This document shows positions 31,507 through 41,001 of a stretch of 64,000 bases of DNA, piece after piece. The notes under the pieces are model-generated. The model did no database searches, was not told the DNA's origin, and saw only the letters and a program-made list of their open reading frames with translations. The position numbers were made by a program, and so were the translations under genes. This DNA is from Candidatus Binatia bacterium (GTDB taxonomy: Bacteria; Desulfobacterota; Binatia; UBA9968; CAXXLF01): NCBI GenBank assembly GCA_963664015.2, contig CAXXLF010000002.1, positions 544,001 through 608,000 of the forward strand, in the 5' to 3' direction. The stretch's first letter is position 1; every line of letters starts with the position of its first letter.

Positions 31507-31902
31507 TCAGGTCATGGAGTCGGTCTTGATCCGGAACTGATTAACCAGGGTCGAATAGGGCTCCGGCAACTCCACAACCGTTGCATGGAACCAGAGACCT
31601 TCGAGGTCGTAAAATTCCCGCACTGGTTGGTAGAAGACATGAACAATGATATCGTCAAAATCCATCAATACCCACTGGCCACCGGTCATGCCTTCCACGG
31701 ATATGGGGATCACCCCGTCTTTCTTGACATTTCCCTCGATACTCTGGGCGATGCTTTGCACCTGACGGTCCGAACGGCCGGAGCAGATAATAAAATAATC
31801 CGCTATGGAGGTGACCTCACTGACCTCTAACAGGACCAGATCATAGGCCTTCCTATCCAGCGCATGACTGCTGATGAGAAGGGCCTTCTCCAGGGAGTCC
31901 AT
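31507..31902 (-). CDS. rsfS: Ribosome silencing factor
   Basis: DYFIICSG, WVLMDF, VHVF and REFYDLEGLW motifs. Confidence 0.95.
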   Translation of the reverse strand: MDSLEKALLISSHALDRKAYDLVLLEVSEVTSIADYFIICSGRSDRQVQSIAQSIEGNVKKDGVIPISVEGMTGGQWVLMDFDDIIVHVFYQPVREFYDLEGLWFHATVVELPEPYSTLVNQFRIKTDSMT

Positions 31903-31907
31903 CGCGC

Positions 31908-32576
31908 TCAAACCTGGGACCAACCTCTCCGTTGCACACGGTAAAGCCCTTGCTTTTCCGTGTAGGCCTCGACCTCTCGAGGCACCAGGTATCGGATGGA
32001 TTTCCCCCTTTTCAGGCGTGAACGAATCTCGGAAGCTGAAATGTTAATGTCCGTTATTCGGGTGAAATAAAGGTGTGTGCCATTCATGTGCCGGAATGAT
32101 TTCGTGCGGGGATCATAACAAAAACCGCTACGCACCGCAACGGGGATGGTCTCCAGCGACAGGGTATCGCCGCTCCCGGGCCGTGAGGTCACGATGAGTT
32201 GACAGAGCGGGAAAATGGCCTGCACATCCTTCCACGAATCGATGTCGCGAAAGGCGTCCAGGCCGAGGATAAAATAGATTTTATGCCCCCGCTCCTTCTG
32301 GACGAAATACCGAATCGTGTCGATGGAAAAGGACTTACCGGGGCGCTTGTGCTCGATGTCGGAAACCTCAAAACCCGGGTTTCGTGCGGTCGCCAGACGC
32401 ACCATTCTCAGGCGCTCGTTGGCGGACGTAGTCGGTTGTCGCTTTTTGTGAGGTGGGATGGAGGCAGGGATAAAGATCACACGGTCGAGGGAGAAGGCCT
32501 CCCTCACCTCCTCGGCGCTGCGTAGGTGACCCCAGTGAATTGGGTCGAAGGTGCCGCCAAACAGCCCGATCCTCAT
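31908..32576 (-). CDS. nadD: Nicotinate-nucleotide adenylyltransferase
   Basis: GGTFDPIHWGH, PPHK and ISASEIR motifs. Confidence 0.96.
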   Translation of the reverse strand: MRIGLFGGTFDPIHWGHLRSAEEVREAFSLDRVIFIPASIPPHKKRQPTTSANERLRMVRLATARNPGFEVSDIEHKRPGKSFSIDTIRYFVQKERGHKIYFILGLDAFRDIDSWKDVQAIFPLCQLIVTSRPGSGDTLSLETIPVAVRSGFCYDPRTKSFRHMNGTHLYFTRITDINISASEIRSRLKRGKSIRYLVPREVEAYTEKQGLYRVQRRGWSQV

Positions 32577-33829
32577 TCCCTTATCTGCCCATCCCCAAAG
32601 ACTATAAACTTGGTTGTGGTCAGCTCCTCAAGCCCCATGGGCCCGAAGGCGTGGACCTTGCTCGTGCTGATGCCGATCTCGGCGCCCAATCCAAGCTCAC
32701 CGCCGTCGTTGAAGCGAGTGGAGGCATTGACGAGCACCGCCGATGAGTTCACTCGATCGACAAATTCCCTCGCCCTGGCGTAATCGGAGGTGACAATCGT
32801 TTCCGTATGCTGGGAACCGAACTCCTCGATGTGCTCGACGGCTTGATCCATATTCTCAACCACCCGTACCGAAAGGATCAAGTCCAGATATTCGGCCGTC
32901 CAGTCGTCATCGCCCGCCTCGGTGAGACCGGAGACCAGGAAGCATGTCTTTTTACAGCCGCGGATCTCGACCCCCGCTTCCTTCATCCTGGCGACCAGGG
33001 AAGGAATGAATTGGGGTGCAATTTTTTCGTGCACCAGCAGCGTCTCCATGGCGTTGCACACGGATGGCCGCTGCACCTTGGCGTTGAGAGCGATCTTCTC
33101 CGCCATTTCCAGCGAGGCATCACGGTCCACGTAGACGTGACACACCCCCTTGTAGTGTTTCACGACGGGCACGCGGGAGTTGGCGGCCACGGCGCGGATG
33201 AGTTCCTCACCACCGCGGGGGATGACCAGATCGATATAATCCTCCAACTGAAGCAGCTCGTTGACGATCCCCCGATCCCTTGATTCAACCACATGAACGG
33301 CATCGCGGGCGATACCCGCCTCCATCAACGCCTCTCCAAGAACCTTACCGATGGCCTGATTGGAGTGATAGGCCTCGCTCCCACCACGCAGGATAACCGC
33401 ATTACCCGATTTCAGACACAGGCCGGCGGCATCGGCAGTTACGTTAGGCCGGGACTCGTAAATCATGACGATGACACCGAGGGGGATACGCATGCGCCCC
33501 ACCTGAAGTCCGTTGGGACGGCGCCACATCTTGACCACCTCTCCAACCGGGTCCGGGAGCGTCACGATCTCCCTGAGCCCCGCGGCCATGGCGACGATTC
33601 GCGCCGGATTCAGGGCCAGGCGGTCGATCAGCGCCTCCGAGAGACCCGACTGCCTTCCCTGCTTCAAGTCCTTCTCGTTTTCCTTGAGGAGAGCAGCTTT
33701 TTTTTTCTCGAGCCCATCCGCCATCAGAAGCAGGGCCTGGTTTCGCACCGCGGAAGAAACCGTCCCTAGGCGTGAACCGGCACGTTTCGCATTCTTTCCC
33801 AACTCGAGGGCTTCTTCTTTCAATGACAT
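32573..33829 (-). CDS. proA: Glutamate-5-semialdehyde dehydrogenase
   Basis: YESRPNVT, PSVCNAME and NASTRFNDG motifs; start 33829 or 33853. Confidence 0.97.
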   Translation of the reverse strand: MSLKEEALELGKNAKRAGSRLGTVSSAVRNQALLLMADGLEKKKAALLKENEKDLKQGRQSGLSEALIDRLALNPARIVAMAAGLREIVTLPDPVGEVVKMWRRPNGLQVGRMRIPLGVIVMIYESRPNVTADAAGLCLKSGNAVILRGGSEAYHSNQAIGKVLGEALMEAGIARDAVHVVESRDRGIVNELLQLEDYIDLVIPRGGEELIRAVAANSRVPVVKHYKGVCHVYVDRDASLEMAEKIALNAKVQRPSVCNAMETLLVHEKIAPQFIPSLVARMKEAGVEIRGCKKTCFLVSGLTEAGDDDWTAEYLDLILSVRVVENMDQAVEHIEEFGSQHTETIVTSDYARAREFVDRVNSSAVLVNASTRFNDGGELGLGAEIGISTSKVHAFGPMGLEELTTTKFIVFGDGQIRE

Positions 33830-33900
33830 CTTGTTCTCATCACTCCCAGCCATCAGCTACCAACATTTATTCTTCTCAACCCGGAAACTTGACTACTGAT

Positions 33901-33974
33901 CTCCGACCTTGGCGTCCTTTGCGTCTTTCGCTCGACTTTGCTCGGGACCCTGAGCCTGTCGAAGGGTGCGCGAG
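33901..33974. repeat. REP-like element interrupted by a 39-nt palindromic insert
   Basis: Same flanks as 31356-31390, with 33929-33967 inserted. Confidence 0.75.
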
Positions 33975-33989
33975 ATATTCTTTATCGGA

Positions 33990-34128
33990 GTCGATCTCCG
34001 ACATCCGATCTCTACCTCTGGCCCTGTCTCTATCTCTGTCCTTCTCCGCTTTACCCTATGCCCTTTAACTATTTGCTATTCACCATTTGCCATTCGCTTG
34101 TCTTTGGACCTCTGACATCTGCCCTCTG
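33990..34128. repeat. Concatenated degenerate 6-7 nt tandem arrays in the proB-proA spacer
   Basis: GTCGATC-TCCGACA-TCCGATC; TTAACTA-TTTGCTA-TTCACCA-TTTGCCA-TTCGCTT; TTGGACC-TCTGACA-TCTGCCC. Confidence 0.7.
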
Positions 34129-34130
34129 GT

Positions 34131-35267
34131 TCACAAAAGCACCAGATCATCACGATGGATGATTTCGTCGTAGACCTTGTACCCCAGGACCTTCTCGATC
34201 CCATTGGTGCGAAGCCCCTTGATCCGTTCGAGCTCGTGAGCACTGTAGTTAACCAGCCCCCGGGCAAACTCCCTTCCTTCGGCATCCAGACAACGCACGC
34301 ATTCGCCCACTCCGAACGAACCACGCACCTCTTTCAAACCGGAGGGGAGCAGGCTCTTCTTTTTCTTGACCAGGGCCTCGTAGGCGCCGGGGTCCACTAC
34401 GATCTCGCCCGACGGTTTAAGATTGTAGGCAATCCAGTGCTTGCGGTTCGCCAGACGGGTTCCTTCGGGCAGGATAAGCGTACCGATCTCTTCTTTGACA
34501 TCGAACACCGTGGGCAGCGTGGCCGTCCCCAAACCGTTAGCGATGATGGTCGGGATCCCCGAAGCGGCCGCCTTCTCCGCCGCTTCGATTTTCGACGCCA
34601 TCCCCCCGGTCCCGTAAGGGCCCTGGGTCGTAGCGCCTACCTTTCTCTTGTACTGCTTCAAATCAGAGATGAGGGGGATCAGCTGGGCATCCGGAAAGAG
34701 GCGGGGATCGCGATCAAAGACCCCGTCGACATCACTCAACATAACCAGCAAGTCCGCCTCCATGAGCGTCGCCACCAGAGACGAGAGGTGATCGTTGTCA
34801 CCGAACTTCATCTCCTCAACAGCGACCGTGTCATTTTCGTTCACAATAGGGATGATGGAGGAATCGAACAGCGTCTGCAGTGTGTGCTTGGCATTGAGAT
34901 AGCGCTTGCGGTTGGAGAGATCCTCATGGGTCAACAGCAACTGGGCAACGCTTTTTTGGAACTCGGAGAAGTACCTCTCGTAAAGCGCCATCAACTTGAT
35001 CTGTCCCACCGCGGCCAGGGCCTGCTTCTGGGGGATGGTCCTGGGCCGTTCTGTCAAACCCAGCCGTGTCATCCCCGCCGCTACCGCCCCCGAGGAAACG
35101 ACCACGACTTCCTTACCCGCATTGTGCAGGACGGCCAGGTCGCCGACCAACCCGCGGATCTTCCCCTCTTCGATACCGTTTACAGAAGAGAGGATCTGGC
35201 TGCCGATCTTGACGACGATCCGGCGCGCCTTGCTTACGATTCCCTTCTTAGACTCCAGCTGTGACAC
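34131..35267 (-). CDS. proB: Glutamate 5-kinase with PUA domain
   Basis: VVKIGS, SSGAVAAG, NENDTV, FGDND and GTGGMASK motifs. Confidence 0.97.
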   Translation of the reverse strand: MSQLESKKGIVSKARRIVVKIGSQILSSVNGIEEGKIRGLVGDLAVLHNAGKEVVVVSSGAVAAGMTRLGLTERPRTIPQKQALAAVGQIKLMALYERYFSEFQKSVAQLLLTHEDLSNRKRYLNAKHTLQTLFDSSIIPIVNENDTVAVEEMKFGDNDHLSSLVATLMEADLLVMLSDVDGVFDRDPRLFPDAQLIPLISDLKQYKRKVGATTQGPYGTGGMASKIEAAEKAAASGIPTIIANGLGTATLPTVFDVKEEIGTLILPEGTRLANRKHWIAYNLKPSGEIVVDPGAYEALVKKKKSLLPSGLKEVRGSFGVGECVRCLDAEGREFARGLVNYSAHELERIKGLRTNGIEKVLGYKVYDEIIHRDDLVLL

Positions 35268-36273
35268 CGCTCAGTTCCTCCTCCGCTTTCAATGCCGCCA
35301 ACCGCCCAATAATCAGACGCTTCAATTCCACCAGACCCTCGTGCGTTACCGCGGAGATCGCGCACACGGGTAGGAGCTTTTTCAATTGCTCGGCCGCCTC
35401 CCTTCCCTCCGGCAGATCGATCTTGTTGGCGACGACAATCTGCGGGATCCGGTCCAGTTGCAGGGAGGCAAGTTCCAGCTCCCGGTTGATGACCTGGTAG
35501 TCGACCAGAGGGTCCTCTTCCGTGATCTGGGATGCGTCCAGCAAATGGATCAACAGGCTGGTTCGGCTCACATGTTTCAAGAACCGGTCTCCCAGTCCCT
35601 CGCCTCTATGGGCCCCCTCGATGAGCCCGGGGATATCGGCCATGACGAAGCTCCTCCCCTCATCATAATCCACGACCCCCAGATTCGGAACCAATGTTGT
35701 GAAGGGATAATCGGCGATTTTGGGCCGGGCAGCGGACAGGGCCGCAATCAGCGTCGACTTCCCCGCGTTGGGGAGCCCGACGATCCCCACATCGGCGAGC
35801 AGCCGGAGCTCCAGGTGGAGCTCCTTTTCCTCGCCGGGTATCCCGGGCTGGAACCGGCGGGGGCTCTGGTTCGTCGACGAGACAAAGTGGGCATTTCCCT
35901 TGCCCCCCTTGCCGCCGGCGACGACTACTACGCGGGCATCAGCGGTATTGAAGTCGGCCAGGACCTCGCCGGTTTCCAGGTCTCGAACTACCGTCCCCGT
36001 GGGTACCCGTACGATCTTGTCCTCACCGCCCTTGCCGTGCTGGTCTTTTCCCCTACCATGCTCACCGCGCTCTCCGCGGTACAGCTTCTGGTAACGCAGG
36101 TCGAGCAGGGTCACGAGCTGGTCATCGCTGACGAGAACGATACTTCCACCCTTCCCGCCGTTACCGCCGTCGGGTCCGCCGTGGGGCCGGTCCTTCTCGT
36201 GGCGAAAGCTCATACAGCCGCGGCCACCGTCACCCGCCTTGACCTTGATTTTGACTTCGTCGACGAACTTCAT
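35248..36273 (-). CDS. obgE: GTPase Obg/CgtA
   Basis: MKFVDEV, GLPNAGKST, DYPFTTL, DIPG and NKID motifs. Confidence 0.98.
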   Translation of the reverse strand: MKFVDEVKIKVKAGDGGRGCMSFRHEKDRPHGGPDGGNGGKGGSIVLVSDDQLVTLLDLRYQKLYRGERGEHGRGKDQHGKGGEDKIVRVPTGTVVRDLETGEVLADFNTADARVVVVAGGKGGKGNAHFVSSTNQSPRRFQPGIPGEEKELHLELRLLADVGIVGLPNAGKSTLIAALSAARPKIADYPFTTLVPNLGVVDYDEGRSFVMADIPGLIEGAHRGEGLGDRFLKHVSRTSLLIHLLDASQITEEDPLVDYQVINRELELASLQLDRIPQIVVANKIDLPEGREAAEQLKKLLPVCAISAVTHEGLVELKRLIIGRLAALKAEEELSGVTAGV

Positions 36274-36431
36274 AATTAACTGGAACCTTTTTTACCAGGC
36301 TGATTACGGGAGGCTTTCAATACGAGATTAAAAATTAGAATAGAGCACCTTCCATGCCGAGCAACCTATGTACAATTTCTATCATCTTTGCCCTTAACCA
36401 ACCATTACTATTGTAGTACTATTTTAGGGGT

Positions 36432-36459
36432 AAAAAAAAAGCCCCGAGAGGAGCTTTTT
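36432..36459 (-). terminator. Intrinsic terminator after rpmA
   Basis: Minus strand AAAAAGCTCC-TCTC-GGGGC followed by T9. Confidence 0.8.
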
Positions 36460-36475
36460 GAATTGCAGGGTTGAG

Positions 36476-36745
36476 CTATGCGGGTTGTGCCACAAGGGGC
36501 AAGATAGTAACCCTTTTCCTGGTTCGGTCCATCCTCTCATATCGGACCAGTCCATCGATCTTGGCGAACAGCGTGTAGTCGCGGCCCATGCCGACGTTCT
36601 TTCCCGGATGGATCCGGGTACCGAGCTGGCGCACGAGGATGTTGCCGGCGCGCACCTGCTGCCCACCGTATATCTTCACACCGCGCCTCTGGCCGTGACT
36701 GTCCCTACCGTTACGTGAGCTTCCACCTGCCTTTTTGTGTGCCAT
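36476..36745 (-). CDS. rpmA: 50S ribosomal protein L27
   Basis: [16 protein letters not shown]. Confidence 0.99.
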   Translation of the reverse strand: MAHKKAGGSSRNGRDSHGQRRGVKIYGGQQVRAGNILVRQLGTRIHPGKNVGMGRDYTLFAKIDGLVRYERMDRTRKRVTILPLVAQPA

Positions 36746-36756
36746 GACTTACCGTC

Positions 36757-37071
36757 CTATCCTTGAATTTCTACGATCTTGAGCTTGGTCAGAGGTTGGC
36801 GGTGTCCCTGCCTTTTGCTGTATCCCTTGCGCCTCGTCTTCTTGAAAACAATGATTTTCGGGGCTAGTTTTTGTTCGACGATCTCCGCCGTAACCGCCGC
36901 CTCGGCAAGGGTTGGGGTCCCTATGCGGGCCTCCTCCCCTTCCGTACCCACCAGAAGCACGGGCTCCAACTTGACCTGATCGCCTATCTCGCCCTTCAGC
37001 AACTCGACCTCAACGGTCTCCCCCGGGGCGACCCGATACTGCTTACCACCTGTTTTTACTACTGCATACAT
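36757..37071 (-). CDS. rplU: 50S ribosomal protein L21
   Basis: MYAVVKTGGKQYRV...GHRQPLT. Confidence 0.99.
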   Translation of the reverse strand: MYAVVKTGGKQYRVAPGETVEVELLKGEIGDQVKLEPVLLVGTEGEEARIGTPTLAEAAVTAEIVEQKLAPKIIVFKKTRRKGYSKRQGHRQPLTKLKIVEIQG

Positions 37072-37655
37072 ATCTAGGTTCCTTTGAAGCTGCATTTTTA
37101 GTCGAAACCCCAAGCAAAGTCAAATGATTCCAGATGATATACAATGACAACTTTGCAGCTGAGCATCCCGCATATATACCGCGTACAGCTTCCCGGCCGT
37201 TACTTGTCTGATTGGTTTCATAGCCTAAACGCTGAACTTCCAATAGTAGAGTACAAATCGGTCATGGTAGGCTTTCTACTAGGAGGATTGCCTTTTTCAT
37301 ATAGAAAACGTATGGAGAAGATTTGCCGCGGCAGGGGTATCCGGCCATAATTCATTAATATCTAATGAGTTTTCATCTTCGGAGACAGGACAGTCAGATT
37401 AGATACAGTCCCGGAAGGCAGGGGTCATTCGCCTGGAAAATTCAAATTTGGAACAACTTTTGACCTCTTATTGACATACATTTCATACCTTACTAGAAGT
37501 TTAGCGCCACAAAGAACCTTGGAAGCTCATCTTGAGTAGGATTCATGTACGTTCAAATGCCTAGTGGCGCAACCGGTTTAAGATAGGATTGGATTCAAGC
37601 TGACGACCAAAGCAACACGCCGTAAGATTTTTACGCTCAATGCCGAGGCAAGACG

Positions 37656-38063
37656 ATGGGAAATTTCATAACGTGAATACTGACGGCCCTTCTTGTATTG
37701 GCCTGGTCCACCGCACCGGTTACCGGCGCTGATGTAAAGATTTGTTCCGGGGAGTCCATCATTGATAGCCCGCTGAACGACCTCTTACTTCCCCAACAGG
37801 CCCCATACCCCAATGATAGCTGCGTCATTGCGCAGTCTATGCTGGGAGACTACGGAAAGCTGCCGAAAGAACAGTGGGGTAAAGATCGCAGATTTGAAGC
37901 AGAGCAACTTGAAAGAGTTCGAAGACGGGATGACAACGGAATAACTAGAAGATGTAAACAATCTTGTTACGAGACATACCGGACTTGGTCTCGACATCTT
38001 TGGAATCCTCGTAGCAAGTCCTGTCAGAATGATTTTAACAACTGCATACGGTCATGCCAGTAG
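37656..38063 (+). pseudogene. Secreted Cys-rich small protein; TGA within the signal peptide
   Basis: GAGG RBS + ATG 37656 in frame with ORF 37698-38063; TGA at 37674-37676; 7 Cys including two CxxxC pairs. Confidence 0.6.
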
Positions 38064-38121
38064 CATTCCATTCATCATCCCCTGACAGTTGGGATTCCAT
38101 AATCTAAGTGGAGGCATTGCT

Positions 38122-38443
38122 ATGAGAACCAATCAGCTTCTTTTAATTTTTCACTCTTGTTCTCTCTGCCGTTTTCATCATAACCCCTTCTGCGGACTCC
38201 CAGCACAATGAGAAAAAAGACGGGGGGAGAAAACTACCCCCTAGCATGGAAGCATTGGAAATCCAAAAAGTTAGATACGTGCTGCCTAGCGGGACGAAGA
38301 TTAGTAAAAGAGCCGGTGTCATAACTTTTGAGGGAGCTGGCGAGTACACGGCTAGAAGGCCGGCGGAAATGGGAAGACGCCTCAAAGAAAGTGAGATAAA
38401 ATTTGAACGACTAGAGGAGTTGCGTAACCGGGAAAGGGAATAA
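38122..38443 (+). pseudogene. Small exported hypothetical protein, frameshifted in the signal peptide
   Basis: GGAGG + ATG 38122; hydrophobic FTLVLSAVFIITPSADSQ lies in the frame of ORF 38246-38443, offset by 1 nt. Confidence 0.5.
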
Positions 38444-38569
38444 GGAATTATTAAGAGCTTCTTTCTGCGTTATCCCTGGAGATAGAACTTCTGGTAGAGC
38501 CGACACTTGCGCTACGAAATTTCCCGTTCCATCTTTTTCTATAATCACATTCAGTGTCTTCGCTTCCAT
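38411..38569 (-). pseudogene. HicB-like antitoxin N-terminal remnant
   Basis: VIIEKDGTGNFVAQVSALP...GITQKEALNN; truncated; no hicA seen. Confidence 0.7.
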
Positions 38570-38635
38570 ACTCCGCTCTTCTCTTGTCCCTTTCGACAAA
38601 CACATCAATTAGAGAATACCGCGCCTTCCGTTTGC

Positions 38636-39400
38636 TCACAGGGATGGTGGGTTGGTCGAAGGTTTATCGTCTTTGCGACTGCCGACCAGTGTTAAGAGTG
38701 CCATCCCCGCAAGGTAGGATGCCCCGGCGAGGTAAAAGGCCGGTGTAAAGCCGAATCGGTCCACGCCGAATCGGGTCACTAGTGTCCAGAAAGGACCGGA
38801 CATAAATCCGATAAAGCAGTAGAGGGAAAACGCCGCGTCGGCTATATCATCCGTAGCGAAGTCGCCGATCATGGCCTGGGTCAAGGAACTTCGAGCCTAG
38901 ACGAAAGCCCCATAGAGGATAAGGTTGATGATCAACAAGACGTTGATCGCCGATTGATAGGCAAGCCAGATGGTAAAGATTGCGGACAAGATTAACGTGC
39001 TTTGAACGACCAGCGCCCTACGCCCGACACGGTCCGAAAGCCAAGCCACACCTAGCGGTCCCACCACGCCGGCCGCCTCGAGGACCATGAGCAAGAACCC
39101 CGCTTGCAAAGCCGTGACATCAAATCTTTCCATAAAGGAAGGAACGAGATAAGTCACGTTAAATCCCGTCCCGCGCCCCACCGCTCCAACCATCAGGATC
39201 AAAGCGGTAAAGACAATATGAGGTCTTTGAGGCATCGCTGATAGGCATCGAGTCCGGCTTGCGCGGCTTTTTCCTGCCCATACGCGCACTACTTGGCACC
39301 CGATCGCGCAGCAAAAAATAACCGACGCCCATCAGGATGCTCGGTATTCCCAGAATGAGGGAAGCCTGCCGCCATTCCATAAAGAGAAGAAGCGAGGCGG
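38636..39400 (-). pseudogene. MFS transporter C-terminal half, disrupted
   Basis: WLSDRVGRR motif, in-frame TAG at 38897-38899, frameshifts near 39230-39270; N-terminal half missing. Confidence 0.8.
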
Positions 39401-39921
39401 CGATAACAACAGCAAAAATGAAACGAATTTTGGTCCGTGGAAGAATACTCGATGGTGATTTCCAGTGTCGGGCTGTCATGAAGACCGACATAGGCGCTGT
39501 GACAACTGACGGCCATACCATCAACAACACGGGCAAAATGGCCAAGCCCAGGGCGATGTTGTCGTACAGAGTCCGGTGGTCTTCAAGGTTACGGAGTTTA
39601 CCCTTTTCCTTTCCCACCTGGAGACAGCCCGGGCAGAGATGCTGTCCGCTCAGTTCCACGTCGCAGAGCGCGGACAGGAAGCGGCCGCAGCTTTCACAAG
39701 TGACGACCCCCTTCTTTTTTTCGTGATAGAAGCAGCTGGGCTCACTTTCTACGATCAGGGACTGTCCCGATTGAACGCCCGTGGGTTTCTCGAACAGGGC
39801 GGGAAATACGTCGACCCGAATTTCCGAATTACACGAAGGGCAACGGATGAAGTCGGTCGTATTATAGACCGTTGGGAAGTAATAGGTTCCATTTGCCGCA
39901 GTGGCTGAACGAGACATTCAT
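39400..39921 (-). pseudogene. Zinc-ribbon/B-box-like membrane protein, degraded and joined to the MFS remnant
   Basis: CPSC, CFYH...CESCGRFLSALC...CPGC, then TM helices running into MFS-like sequence. Confidence 0.6.
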
Positions 39922-39932
39922 GGGTACCGAGC

Positions 39933-40659
39933 CTAGCCCTTGACCACTCGGGTGCTACATATCCCATCGTGGAGCGATCGTTTTTCGGCATCGAATGCGG
40001 ACATGAGATAACCGATGCCAAAGATTAGCCAGCTCAGGTATTCGAAAAAGTGACGGCCCAATGCCTTTCCAAAGGTCACCTTGTCTCCGTCCGCGTTCAC
40101 CACCTTGATATTGCATGCCATTGTTCCGGGGGTAGCCCCGAACTTGCCGATGAACCAGGTGGCATAGGCGGCGGCCGCGATTAATTGAAAGAGGTTCATC
40201 ACCAGGTAAAAGACGATCTCTTCGGTCGAGCCGGCGGACTTGGTGGCGCCAAGCAGTAACATCGATGCCCCCATAGTGACCACAATGCTGGCGATCCCGA
40301 AAATGATACCGTCGATGCATTTGCCCCCCCGGGCGAATCCAAAAACCCGCATATACCATGACCTGGGGCAGACTCATGCCTTGCTTGAGCTTCTGGACGG
40401 AGGTGGGTTTGCAACCGCCGCAGACAGACGAACCCTCGTATTGGATCATCTCATCGGGAGAAAACACCTGGCCGCACTCGCAGCAAACGTTTTCACCTGG
40501 GCCGGCCACCGCCGGTGCCGGAATGCTACCTGCCCCGTCTTTTACCCGCGGTTCGGGAGGCATCAGCGGATTGGCGAGAGGACTTCCGTAAGACTTGCAG
40601 GCATCTTTTGCCATCTGAATCAAGCTGCATTTACCGCATTTCACACCCATCAAATTCAT
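39933..40659 (-). pseudogene. RDD family membrane protein with N-terminal zinc ribbons, frameshifted
   Basis: YAGFWIR, GATPG, GRHF and KRSLHD motifs; frame change at the C7 run near 40324-40330. Confidence 0.85.
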
Positions 40660-41001
40660 AGCGCTGCTTCCTTCGAGCAAGAGGATCCGCAGGGCCGACC
40701 CTAGCCCAACACTTTGAATATGCGGATCAAAATAGCAATTACTATGCAACGGCCTGCCGTCAGGGAGCATAGTGAAAGTTACTGAATACAGAGCGTTTTT
40801 TGAATTTAGGAGGCGAAATTTAACAGCGGAAACAGCCTTAAAACCAATATACTGACAATTATTATAAGGAGGGGCCTACCAGGCAAACATATTTGTCCAA
40901 CTGAGCTAGGCCAAGGGGAGTCGGGCAACTACCGAAGGGTCCCGCGGCCGGCCAGGCCCCCGAACCGCCCGGATCCTTCTATCCGGCATACCGAGCCGCT
41001 C

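Noticed and set aside
34155-36279. Long plus-strand ORFs (369 aa and 297 aa)
   Set aside because: Antisense shadows of proB and obgE, with no recognisable motifs.
37674-37676. TGA as selenocysteine in the secreted Cys-rich gene (also TGA 25735 in BenE)
   Set aside because: One falls in a signal peptide and the other at a probable Trp of a multiply broken transporter. Neither has a redox motif or an obvious SECIS.
37100-41000. Prophage or integrative element
   Set aside because: No integrase, transposase, phage genes, tRNA target or flanking direct repeats seen; only decayed accessory genes.
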